A stretch of 34,650 nucleotides of DNA from Trichomonas gallinae. Lineage: Eukaryota. Positions 9,701-18,600 of this stretch are shown piece by piece. A model generated the notes under the pieces. It worked only from the letters and a program-made list of their open reading frames with translations. It did no database searches and was not told the DNA's origin. The stretch's first letter is position 1; each line of letters opens with the position of its first letter. A program made the position numbers and the translations under genes. The stretch covers positions 1-34,650 of the forward strand of contig MRSU01003168.1 of the NCBI GenBank assembly GCA_008369845.1. The letters run 5' to 3'.

Positions 9701-10122
9701 TCGAAATCTAAACCAATTATGCGTATAATGTTTGTATCTGTTTTATCGGACTTGCCAATTGATGATGCCAAGCCTAGAAGGATAATATTATAAACAAGTT
9801 CAATTGCAAGAATAATTTTGTGGCCGGTGATTTTTTCTTTTGTTAAATTAGTAATTACGACATTGGCTGCAAGAATTACAATGTTAATCATACCCATAAC
9901 TGCTTGCGTAGTGACTGAGTTGATAACATAGCATATAGGAAGTATAAATTCAAGTAAAATAATGCAAGGTATTGGGAATGATTTCTTCCTTTTCTTTGGT
10001 CCCGTATTTTCTTGATAATTGATCTTCTTCATAGCAGCCTCTGGGTTAGCATCATCTGCTCCAGTGACTGTTGTCGAGCTGGGCTCGGTAGAAATCGTTT
10101 CATCATAATCTTCGGAACTCAT
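3715..10122 (-). CDS. PIEZO: Piezo-family mechanosensitive ion channel, 2135 aa
   Basis: Dozens of hydrophobic TM segments, an exact PF-x2-E-x6-W motif (PFIFEIHSLLVW) followed by EDI, an outer helix (GGCFLLAIILLLFGPLFFM), a soluble cap, an inner helix (GIIGIYILIIFTFGEVLR) and a CTD ending ...VRSKEACIELT, all in Piezo order. Confidence 0.93.
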   Translation of the reverse strand: MSSEDYDETISTEPSSTTVTGADDANPEAAMKKINYQENTGPKKRKKSFPIPCIILLEFILPICYVINSVTTQAVMGMINIVILAANVVITNLTKEKITGHKIILAIELVYNIILLGLASSIGKSDKTDTNIIRIIGLDFDNAVVKTPNLTIAVCVVAIVLEIVAAVLLIKTKPETLIKHRTKIFTSMAWIFLSDLIWTFCLAVMGAVLIFFDANMGYAFLPLLLYIVWISITMSLFGKPYVPKIILIIIYSYAILFSLFIFYQVSYLGQNYPIYRYTKSEAMDKYSGLSLTVNVVQIWFSTQLCFVFKRSGPAPKIPSFLVTLSDILLAFSFVAILVYSVFFPCYIAVAWELIVFIACFFSLRVAKLVFFRILSIVHNVLFSVIYVTCLDLFFPFSKAVTLSYFRRLKETGLWHFDNIDGTVEENQEFIFTILGFLLTSILAQIGRVVHFKEPKKEEEGDGVELRDIVDKPKKRKEPNAFFGFIIKIAKFIRNLVVFLFTNLSVAAVVILCITFGYQENQYCFNALWAIQLITNVLGLFHKPIFYLIMFITGAIIITATLFDQLEEKDYAKFGEYFFKSGLITPAGKNLPEYLWPYIIVLFLCVIITHQEKVKVTYPPTVVMFIFWGLAILHLAYLYVYGPNIFSVIYLLTGIFIFYSKVLNKILLTKIAIVVSGISVSVHLAILMLSEFPWTRNFFTSILGDNKWVTMNNIIDIRVPKTPDGEAALLAVTMFAISLTYMNTNPLTKKPNIWLQGIREEFKAALRSFFFYISWFLMFFFSISNDYPTVIKAVISLVFLLGSKMARFFNKMVGALLYTNTIYLAAEVFFDVFPNLTAKARTMCQYVGLYFVQYGKGQGDRNYSMTWQLLFVLVIIVNMIAENPEATDPKFDNSLGMRLYRAFYMMLHNFLPVFVNISLCVSTLFNPTIFGFFSFLVLVIVQFKPRVLQRGAVWISVLFNFCFLFQYLIWLGLPYSPYYIGPLDNEWGDFLSVRNIEVAALLTNMITAFMLTFYLQFRELAMNYDAGFNELPVFLKGVIKFIVANIFEIIEAVAIAISIFIPTIDGLFFFLLVSILFLNTLLFGFDSHKTISIHLWGLFFVIIGRLLSRIPYFISKGWGKWIAKGFGLPFREQSSTESIWIVLFALESLVIHIMETPMFQECRKDGIQRLAYRFIRVRQLKVINRLNQEICDTLQHRKIEEIFALADAQSASVARGKQAQVVMMAPPPQAKQEEQPKEQEPKDEAERQRLEEEEIRRQAEEAEKKKREEEEKKKAAEEARLKAEQEGAQPPPEEEEEEPEPPKSLKERFLTVWAWIMDKIIYPIIGEAIDVFLRSVQLNNEAGVNVLTLNSVNSILRRQAAMLRTGGTYTPSKAEKDFLNKLPPSFYTQLGAIGEMLNWPEVKRENYFELSMRYISYLIRCLSLPMLVLICIIYTYMKPYLFAFLTTIYVFVVFVGTVIYAQPWTYRAFYILLIVILLLRSISTVTLIKEQIDIYKSSVAFAQSKISYPDFFGVDPDDTSTIEIALFLIGTWYVVDHLRNADVFTPHHYTTKIFGGDNKLDGYPDKYFYNFDNPERVLGLSTKAIPNIWQQITQNANNIRIPPSNAYFTVMIIDALAFLVMIFGVGTWTSPEEELGQTSGLSLKFVFSLIFSMIFIFIFFLFRISNNFLNMYILNTVQLICVLVFDFWVCTDPTDAGLQLYLFLKYLAILIVFYDTRLGKIFANFSFPDIQNSGGKIKSLNRFMRVVPFIFEIHSLLVWMSRKTKVTYQHFFIQEDIKMLLENQMVDRAQPEENKLQKNVIIGGCFLLAIILLLFGPLFFMISGSTAYQPNPVESVQLEIGLVAVGPLYKSFATLSPITTSMHNSLANTAYADINQVKSFSGDSLTIAEFRLPSQSRPDTVDRYITDHLKSSHPKIPYFKLKTVFKYPATAGKNNEINYQMNMPELTFNFSDALKDKITSWSTIGSYANFTNIPILFLNPREDNPSSSDTHAKIGFRFDNTTNTTTILINEYPDISVLSSSTFFRVVIFSEEVQSSSAVGTIVSMGGGIIGIYILIIFTFGEVLRERTLGGYEGLWIERMRRPENLYQFIIAIEAFRSVGAIDKEYMMVEKMLDVVRSKEACIELTEDPEESEHSE

Positions 10123-10349
10123 AAGAAAATAAAAATAAAATTTTTTATGTGAAGAACTTTTATTTTATTTTATTCGATTTTTAGGACCTAATAATGCTAT
10201 AGACCTTATATACCTTAAAAATGTTTTATTTTATTCTTTTTTCATAAAAAATGATTTGCTTTTTTCCAAAAATCCTTTAAATATAGGCTATTTATACTAT
10301 TTTAAATATGGTTAGCGGATTTTTAAACCTTTATATTTCTAAAAAGTTT

Positions 10350-10900
10350 TAAAAATGCAATAAACGATATTATAAGACAGTATACTATCGAATTATGAGC
10401 TGTTTTTAGGGACTACGGTGAATATGATAGCAAAAGTGACATTCCGCCAAAAATTCAAACATATTTTAGAATATGTTATGGACAATTTGATTTATTCTAA
10501 GGAAATTTTGAGTACTTTACGAATTTTTTTGAATTAATTTCTTTATTTAATAAATGATTGTTGATACATGTTTAATACGAATTCTGACTTTATTCTGCGG
10601 TTCGAAATTTTCTGAGATGCATTGAAAAACTAATAGAAAAAAAAATAGAACCACATTCAAATACAATTTTTTATTTTTTCCTGTTGATTCTTTGTTGACA
10701 AGGTCAAACATTATACGAATTAATTGCTCTATTTGTATGTGTTGATATATGATATTAAAAATATATTAATGAACCTTGCATAAGAAATCTCATCGGAGCT
10801 TTCACTTGTTTCGTCTCAATAAATCACATACACATAATGTATACTTTGATATTAAAAAGTGCTCATATCATTTGGCCATAAATTTGTCAAAAGATATATT
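10350..10900 (+). pseudogene. Possible decayed DUF3447/ankyrin-family gene remnant
   Basis: Stop-interrupted fragments NKRYYKTVY (~10360), QGQTLYELIALFVCVDI* (10699) and FDIKKC (~10850) resemble, in order, remembered trichomonad DUF3447 blocks (NNRYTKSY, GYSLLELCCYHGAVDC, DINKC). Similarity is weak and boundaries are approximate. Confidence 0.3.
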
Positions 10901-11855
10901 ACTAATTAAGCTGTATTGAAAGGTTTTCATGCGCCATGCATATAGGCGCGTACGTTATCTTCTAACATATCACTGCATATGGTTACACAATCATATTTCA
11001 CTAAAACTATACTTTTGAAATAAAATCTTAGAGTAGTATGAATTATATAGAGTCTAATCATTCTCTTATGTTTCTATTTTACTTATAATGTCAATTTGTT
11101 TATCTAGAGATGACTAATCATAGCTAATTGTTATGTTATTGAACGAATTTTAAGCAATAGCTTTGTATTAATATATGTAGAGATCCATATGAAAAGAACT
11201 TCCATTTGTGGATGAGTGTGTACAAAAATTGATGCAGAAAACTGCTATTGTTATGAGTTGAAATTTGAAAAATGTGTTTTAATGGATGAACTCTTGAAAT
11301 TAGTCTTTTTAGATTCTTCGAATCAGTAATAAGCTATTGATGTCTTGTGAATCAACAGACGAATAAATTTGACATTACGAATCTTTCGAAACCAACTAAA
11401 ATTTTCATGAAATATGGATTGTAATCATTTTGTTATTATAGATCTTCGGTCAGTTTTAGAAATTTCAACAACTAAAAAAGAGAAAATTCTAAAAATCAAT
11501 TGAAAAATATGTTTTTTTTCCTATCTTTATTGTGAAATCTAATATTCTATATTTTAACACATGATGTATTTTAGATTTTCTCGCTAAAACAATATCATAT
11601 ATACAAAAATTTTAATAATTTCAATTTCAAAAATTTATTCATCTATCCAATAGCTATAAGACTTATAGGATAACATATTTATATGCCATATATAATAATG
11701 CAAATGTAATAGTTTCATTTAAACAATACAATTCCTAAAAATATCAACAATATAAAAAATATCGTTATTTTCGTCTGAAATTTAAAATATAAACTAATTA
11801 CACGAGTTAAAAGCAAAAGACAAGCTCAAAAACGAGAAATAAAAATTACATCTCC

Positions 11856-11863
11856 GACGGTTT
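11856..11863 (+). promoter_or_regulatory. Possible M3 (Myb-recognition-like) core promoter motif
   Basis: GACGGTTT matches DRCSGYTD, which I recall as the T. vaginalis M3 motif, 17 nt upstream of the ATG at 11881. No downstream CCTTT (M5) is present. Confidence 0.3.
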
Positions 11864-11880
11864 AGAAAAAAAAATTAGAA

Positions 11881-13290
11881 ATGAAAACAACAAGAAGGAG
11901 TTCGAAGTCAATCAGTGATAAAACAGATCCAAGTCTATCGATAACGGAGTCTCTCCAACGCTACGAACACGAATATCAAAACGTTTTGAAGCTAGAAAAG
12001 CACAATGTCTCGTTAACAGAAAAAAATATCGCAATGAACAGGCAAATTGAGAATTTACGATACCAAAATAACAGAGACATACAAATAATTCAGATAAGAC
12101 AGAATTTCATCCAAAGACAATCAAATAAAATCGAAGAAATTAACAATAAATTCGAAGAAGATATCGAAGCCTCAAATAGAGTCGGAGAAGAGATTACCAA
12201 TGTCCAAAAAGAAGGTTTTGATTTGTTAAATCAAATATATGAGAAATTAGAAAATTTAATCCCTCCAGAGCCACCACAGTGGGTTTCGGAGGATGAAATG
12301 CTCAAATACAAGAAACAGAAACTTTCCGCCATCAAATTCAAGAATGCAGTGCAATCTAAATTATTCAAGTCTTTAATTCCTCATCAAAAAGAAATTCTTC
12401 AGCTTAAATTACAAGCATACCAAGACAGACTTAATGGAGCCGATAAAAGAAGCACTTTTAGTCAAAGAATTATTGAAGATCAACGCGAATATTTGATTGT
12501 TCAGAAAGAAAACGAAATTGCGGAACAAAATGACGCTGCAGATGATGCAGAGCTCTGCATTGCAAGGACGCAAATAGACTCATTTGAATTCGACGTCGGA
12601 AATCAAATGATTTTAACATCAGATCTCGAAGCGTCAAACGAAAGACGTCTTCAGAACCTAAAAGCTAAAGAAGCCGAAGTTTCAGAAACAGAATCATTCA
12701 TTAAACAAGCGCAAATCAGTGCAGCAACAACAAGATCTAATTTAGAATTAGATTTCTTAGACGATGGCGAAATTTTACCGAAATCCGAGAGTGGTGAACT
12801 GATTATTCTCGATCCAGACGTCCCACAAGACGCTGCTGCAATTGTAACCCAAATTGTCAACCATGCAGACCAAGAATACCCAGATGCGAAAGAAAAAGCA
12901 AGGCGAGAAGACTTTTTGAACAGATACCATAAGAAAGTCTCCGATTTCGGCGGCCTGATTCGCGAAAGAGCGGAAATAGAAGCTCTTCAAATGAAAATCA
13001 ATTACGCGCAGATAGAACACAAAGAGTGTTTGTTCACTCTGTCGCAGAAAGAGAGCCTGTTAAACAGGACGAAGCTCGCCAATCAGCGCCAGAAGGAGTT
13101 ATTAAATGAAATGAAGAAGAAAGTCGATGAGGCAGATGTTGGCGACGAGCAAATTGAAAAGTACATCGACAGGAACGACAAAGTGCTGCAGGAATCTAGA
13201 GGACTGCTTGAAGCGAGGAGGAAGGAGACTGAAGATGCTGAGAAAGAGCTCCACGAACTGGAAGAACAGATAAAATCAATGACTGTTTAA
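11881..13290 (+). CDS. Hypothetical coiled-coil protein, 469 aa
   Basis: Long uninterrupted ORF rich in E/K/Q/L helical stretches, flanked by AT-rich spacers, with a TAA+A stop. No recognisable catalytic motif. Confidence 0.8.
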   Translation: MKTTRRSSKSISDKTDPSLSITESLQRYEHEYQNVLKLEKHNVSLTEKNIAMNRQIENLRYQNNRDIQIIQIRQNFIQRQSNKIEEINNKFEEDIEASNRVGEEITNVQKEGFDLLNQIYEKLENLIPPEPPQWVSEDEMLKYKKQKLSAIKFKNAVQSKLFKSLIPHQKEILQLKLQAYQDRLNGADKRSTFSQRIIEDQREYLIVQKENEIAEQNDAADDAELCIARTQIDSFEFDVGNQMILTSDLEASNERRLQNLKAKEAEVSETESFIKQAQISAATTRSNLELDFLDDGEILPKSESGELIILDPDVPQDAAAIVTQIVNHADQEYPDAKEKARREDFLNRYHKKVSDFGGLIRERAEIEALQMKINYAQIEHKECLFTLSQKESLLNRTKLANQRQKELLNEMKKKVDEADVGDEQIEKYIDRNDKVLQESRGLLEARRKETEDAEKELHELEEQIKSMTV

Positions 13291-13859
13291 ATTTTATGTT
13301 TTAATTTAAATAAAGTTTTTTTGTTTAACATTATATTAACCTAAAACAGATATATTATTCTATAAATTTTTGCGTGGAATCAATTCCAGAAACTGTGACT
13401 ACCAAAGAGCTTTTTTTGGCGCATGCAATTTTGAAATAGAGTCAACAATATTGTTCAGAGATGCATTTATTAATGCAATATCTACATCAAAATAAATGTA
13501 GTACATCATCGATTTCCATTTCTCGATGATTTTTAAGATTTTCAGGGAAATCTGTAATATCTACATGTCTGTGGCTTAAGCAGGTTTGATGAGTTGGAAA
13601 CGATTATAAATCTTTTTGAAAAGTTCCCAATATTCGCGAAGATATTGCAAATTGCATTAGAGATAATCAATAAAATGGGAGATGATTCCCATTTTCGTAA
13701 TTTGCAAAAATTGATCAAGTCATCTGCTAACTGTTGACTTTCGCCAGTCTTGAGGTCATATATACGGTCGTAATACTCTCAATTGACATCTCACTAAACT
13801 CACTTTCCATAAAAACTCGATTATTTTCAACTCAATATTTGAAATAATTTGTTTGATAT

Positions 13860-14330
13860 TTTGAGATATTTACACAGATTTAACAAAAAATTTGGCACCA
13901 ATATATGAAGACATACTGACATGATAGCTATGATTCCTATAGTCTGGTGGATTTACACGTACAGTTTAGCACTTTTTGGAAGTACATTGTTTAAAAATTT
14001 GTGTATTTTAGGCCTATAGTATAATCAATGCGTGTTTTCTGCTAAATATTGCCATAGTATGCATACTATTTGTAAATGCATGGTAGAAACCATGTATTTA
14101 TGTACTTATGATGCAAAAGTTGTAATTGTGAGCCAAAAAGCATCTCCAGTTACAGTAATGACTATAATTATCCATGCATATTAAGCATCATGGTGATTAA
14201 ATGCTCCTGTCTATAGAAATGGATAAAATTTGATTAAAATCGCATCAAATACTGATATTTCTTGATCAAAGCTCTTCAATTAACCAAATTATTGAAGAAT
14301 CTGAAGCAATAAGTAAAGGTTCTCGATTAA
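13860..14330 (-). pseudogene. Possible decayed DUF3447/ankyrin-family gene remnant
   Basis: Frameshifted fragments CFLAHNYNFCI (~14135), AYYGNI (~14060) and FIY...NLCKYL (~13900) resemble, in order, AIISHNIDF, CGIYNNL and CFVYS...SLCEYF. Many stops; similarity is weak. Confidence 0.25.
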
Positions 14331-14960
14331 TTTGATTGTATGATTTTCGAAATCGTTATTTGCTTTTCTAAACTGTAACAGTAGTTGACACAATTCAAGC
14401 TACTGCTAGATGAGTAGACTACAAAATAATGTAAAACCTAATATTTAGGAAATGTGCAATGTTAATATTTGCGGGAACTACAAGCTAAGAACATAAGAAT
14501 TGTATCTTAGCCGGTTGTAACAGAAGAGAGTAGAAATGTCGACTATTTAGTGTGGAGTAACAGGAGCTTTTGCGTACATTTACCTCATATATTGCTAAAA
14601 TAAAGCAAAATAGGAAGTATTTTGGCGCATAAGTTTTGAAATTTGCATTTGAATGAGGATTACAGACATCTACAGGGTATTTATGCTCATCTTTCATTAT
14701 AGTAATGCTAAGACAGCTTGTCTAGCATAGATCATTTGGTGAAACCAATATAGACTAATAGTATACATGCATAACTCGACATGAAAATACATAATATTGA
14801 ATTTGAAGGAGCTTCACACTATACTGCATATATATTATAAATTTGAAAAAAAATTATTTTAAATGTTATTGCAATTTCTAATAGCTTTAAGTAGAATATT
14901 CGCTGAATTTGTTAAGATTTTGGAGGAATTTCCTATTGATTCTATTAACGAATATTTTTT

Positions 14961-15449
14961 TTAGATATCTAAATTAGCTTCTTTGACCATTTTTTCAGCA
15001 TCTGGCCATTTAGAAGCAAGCTCGGACCATGCAGCAGTGCAAGCATCAGAAAATTCGAATCCTGGGAAAACAGTGCCACCGAATAATCCCCATTTTCCTT
15101 CTGAGCAGTCAGTTAAACGTGCTGCCTGCCATGTACCAGCTGGAATGATGCTTTGCGGACGCTCGCCTTCCTTTAAATTCGCTCCAATTATGCGTTTTTC
15201 GACATGTCCATCCTCAAATAAGAGGATTTGAACAGCAGAAGTGCCTGCATGATAATGCCAGATCTCATCTGATGCAACTTTGTGCCATTTAGAGACAGTT
15301 TTATCTGTTAAAGCATAATAAATTGACGTTCCGCAGACTCTGTTTGGAATAGAAGCTGGAACATTGCTTCTGTAGATCTCGTTAAAGTAGCCACCCTCAA
15401 AATCAAGGGTGTTTAATCCCATCAATTCCTTCACTTCTTCGAAATTCAT
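14961..15449 (-). CDS. Cupin_5 (DUF985) family protein, 162 aa
   Basis: EGGYFNEIYRS, TSIYYAL, SKWHKVASDEIWHYHAG, GERPQSIIPAGTWQAA and VFPGFEFSD are characteristic DUF985 motifs. Confidence 0.92.
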   Translation of the reverse strand: MNFEEVKELMGLNTLDFEGGYFNEIYRSNVPASIPNRVCGTSIYYALTDKTVSKWHKVASDEIWHYHAGTSAVQILLFEDGHVEKRIIGANLKEGERPQSIIPAGTWQAARLTDCSEGKWGLFGGTVFPGFEFSDACTAAWSELASKWPDAEKMVKEANLDI

Positions 15450-15452
15450 GAA

Positions 15453-15458
15453 AAATGA
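15453..15458 (-). promoter_or_regulatory. Putative Inr upstream of the cupin gene
   Basis: The minus strand reads GTTCATTTTTC-ATG, placing TCATTT within 10 nt of the start codon. Confidence 0.55.
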
Positions 15459-15655
15459 ACTGCAATCAAACGATTTCTTTTTCTAAAAATCATTTTTATG
15501 CAATAAAATTGTCAAAAAACGAATCAAATCAAAATGAAATTCGATATAAAAATTCTTAATTTTGAAAATAAAGAGTTCAATAACAAGAACCAAATAAAAC
15601 AATTTGACATATCATAGGTAGTCTATATTTCAAATTAAAAAATAATACATACATT

Positions 15656-18600
15656 TTATTTATAATCAGCGCAAATTGCCACTCTTGAGAGCATTCCTGA
15701 CCTGTTAGCGTACCAAAGGGCCCTCTCTTTCGCTCTCAAACAGACCAGTCTCGTGTCTAAATCTTCCATCATCTTTCTCGCTTCTTCATTCGAGAGCCAC
15801 TCCATTCCACTGATTTTCTCGCCTATTGGCTCAATCCTGTTGGCTCCCAAGCTCACCAGGTTGAGATTGTAGCCATTGGAAAGCATCATCGTGTGTATTC
15901 CGTCTATTCCGCATCCGTATATCATTTCGCTTATCAATGATCCGCAGATGTCATAGACGCATACAGAAGCGTTCCTCGACTCATTCTCGCAGCTGATGAT
16001 GATCCTTGAGTTTGCAGTTAGACATATCTTGTGGAACTTCGTGTCCTCTTGGTGCTTTGCTATGAAAGAAGAAATAACATGCTTATCAGTCAAAGATACA
16101 ACGAAAACATTGTGAGAAACATCAATGGACGCGAAAGATGCCAAAGAATCATTCGCAGAAACATTGACAATCCTACTCGAATGCAGTTGCAATGTAGAGA
16201 GTAGATCAAATGTTGTGACACTCCATAGATAGACGAAGCAGTCACTGCCGCAAACAACGAGCTTGTTCGATGAAGCGGACATGCAGACAATGTAGGAAGA
16301 AGAGTTTGAGAGTTTGACTGGATTTGATGGATGAGAAAACTGGAAACCAGTCACGACAGGAGAGTTCTTTGTGGCGACGAAGAGAGTGGCAGGGTTCGTC
16401 GCGACAGCGTAAATCAAGTCCTTGGTGAATTTGTAGTTAAACTTAACTTTGTGCATTTTTCTGGACAGTTTCGTGAAAAATCCATCTTCTGATAAACAAA
16501 ATCCGTCCTGCATGAATATAACAGGCGACAGAAGATTTGGTTCAGGCAGTTTAGGAGGCAAACTAATGCTCTTCTTGATGGATTTAGTTTTGAATATCTT
16601 TGTTGGCATTGATCCGAAGTTCGCACAATGATTCTTTCTTAAAATCAAATCATCTTCATTCGTGACACCAATTAAACACTCGTGATAAGCGAATGGATGG
16701 AATTCGACATTTTCGCAGCGTTGATTCACTCCGAAAACTATATCGACCCATTCGTTTAAATGCTGATTCGCATAATTACTCTCCAAAGCAATCATGTTTT
16801 TGTCTACGAAATCGTAAGGTGATGATGACCACTTTGGAAGCTCTACATCATCAATAACAATGCCATTTGAGCGTTTTCCGAAACTAAATTTATTAACATT
16901 CTTCAAAAACCTCGGCGAGCAGAAAAACTGTGGAATTAGTTCTCTGTAGTCTGAATTCCTCGTGTTTACACTGTTCCATGATGATTCTACAGAGAAAAAT
17001 AATCTATCTGCTTTATCAAAGAATCCATCTTGAAGACGAATGTGTAAGGTTGTAAATGGTTCTTCTCTAACCAAAAATCCGCAAACAGAACTAGGATTAC
17101 TCATGTTTGATCTGAATAAACATAATTCGTTAGGATCATCAATGAATTCTTTGTCTTTGATTAGTTCAGCGAATCTATCTGGATTCAATGCTCCAATTGG
17201 CTTCGATAAATCTCTGAAGAATTTTGGATTTGAAATGTCAAATTTTGGAGATTTGTAATCTGATATGATCCATGGATAAATAGGATACTGACTGACATCA
17301 TTAAACGACCTTCCACCAAGCAAATTCAACAAATAAAGATATTCATAATTTGTAATTTTTCCATTTGCCCAGTGTTTGGCTATTTTGGATCTCGTTAACA
17401 ATTCATCAGCATCAACATTTTGTATTGGGATGTCATTTGACCCTTTCACGAAGAACCTGAATAAATTATTCTTTGGCAAATTTTTCCTCGGAAGCTTATC
17501 AGACAAAACATTCAGAAACTCGTTCCTCACTTCAGTGTTCGCGAAATAGAACAGATAGGCTCTGTTGCCATCAGAGTAAACTTCAATTCCGCAGTCTTCA
17601 TGCGTCAAAAATCTTCTGAAAATGAAAGAAATTTCGCTCAAAGAGATTTGCTTGAAGAAAGGCCTTTTCTTTTCGATTCCTCTTGAGTTACCGAACGAAT
17701 CTGCCGAGAAAACGCCATCAAAACAAATGGAATCTTCCAGTAAATGCAAGTAGCCTGAGTAAAATCCACTAATTCTCCTGCAAGTTGCCTGGAAAACTGA
17801 GATCGATTTTCTTATATCTTTGTCGAAATTCAAAACAAACTTCTTGACTGTTTCAATCGAATCGTCGTCATTTTCTTTCTTGTTTAAAGCATTTTTGTGG
17901 TCAATAAAGTTAGTATTCCTTCTGTAGAAAACTATTTGGCCTTTTGTATCTACTCTTGTCGAAGATCTCCAGTAATTGCAAATTTGAGATGACCAAGGTC
18001 CACCGTCAGACTCAATTGATCTCATGAATGACATAAATAGTTTCGACGTCCTTAATTTATCATTCTTCGCATTCTTCTCGAACTCATCCAGCATTTTATT
18101 GTATTTCTCCTTTTCATTTTTGATTCTTTCGTCAACTTTTTCGTTTAGTTCTTCTATAAGTTTATTATATTCATATTTGGCATCGAATAAATTTGGTTGG
18201 CAGTTGTTGTAAATCATGTTCGCATAATCAAGATGTATATTAATAGGAACGATCATCATCAGCGATTTATATAGCTTGTCAGTCATCTCTTTACGTTCTG
18301 GATGCATTTGTATCATGTGGCCAGCAATATTTGCAAAAATTATGAAGGGATGAACTTTCTTGGTGCCAAACATTACAACATAACTTGGTTTGCTTTTGAC
18401 TGCTCTCAGACAAATATCCAAGGTCAGCATCTGGAGTTGCTCATCTTTGAAATCATCGTAATGAATATATGAGCAGAAGAATCCTAACTCGTAGTAATCT
18501 GCTGACAACTTTGACAAAATTTTGTCGATTTTTTCTTTTCCTAAAATTTCGAAGAATTGTTTGTAGTCGTTTTTGATTGAATAAGGCAACATTTTGTCTA

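Noticed and set aside
3977..9793. Many short ORFs overlapping Piezo (likewise inside the Spt5-like, BEACH, acidic and BspA genes)
   Set aside because: They are antisense or off-frame shadows from biased codon usage, with no independent evidence.
10931..10949. GCGCC...GGCGC inverted repeat
   Set aside because: The stem is only 5 bp, expected by chance, with no wider RNA structure.
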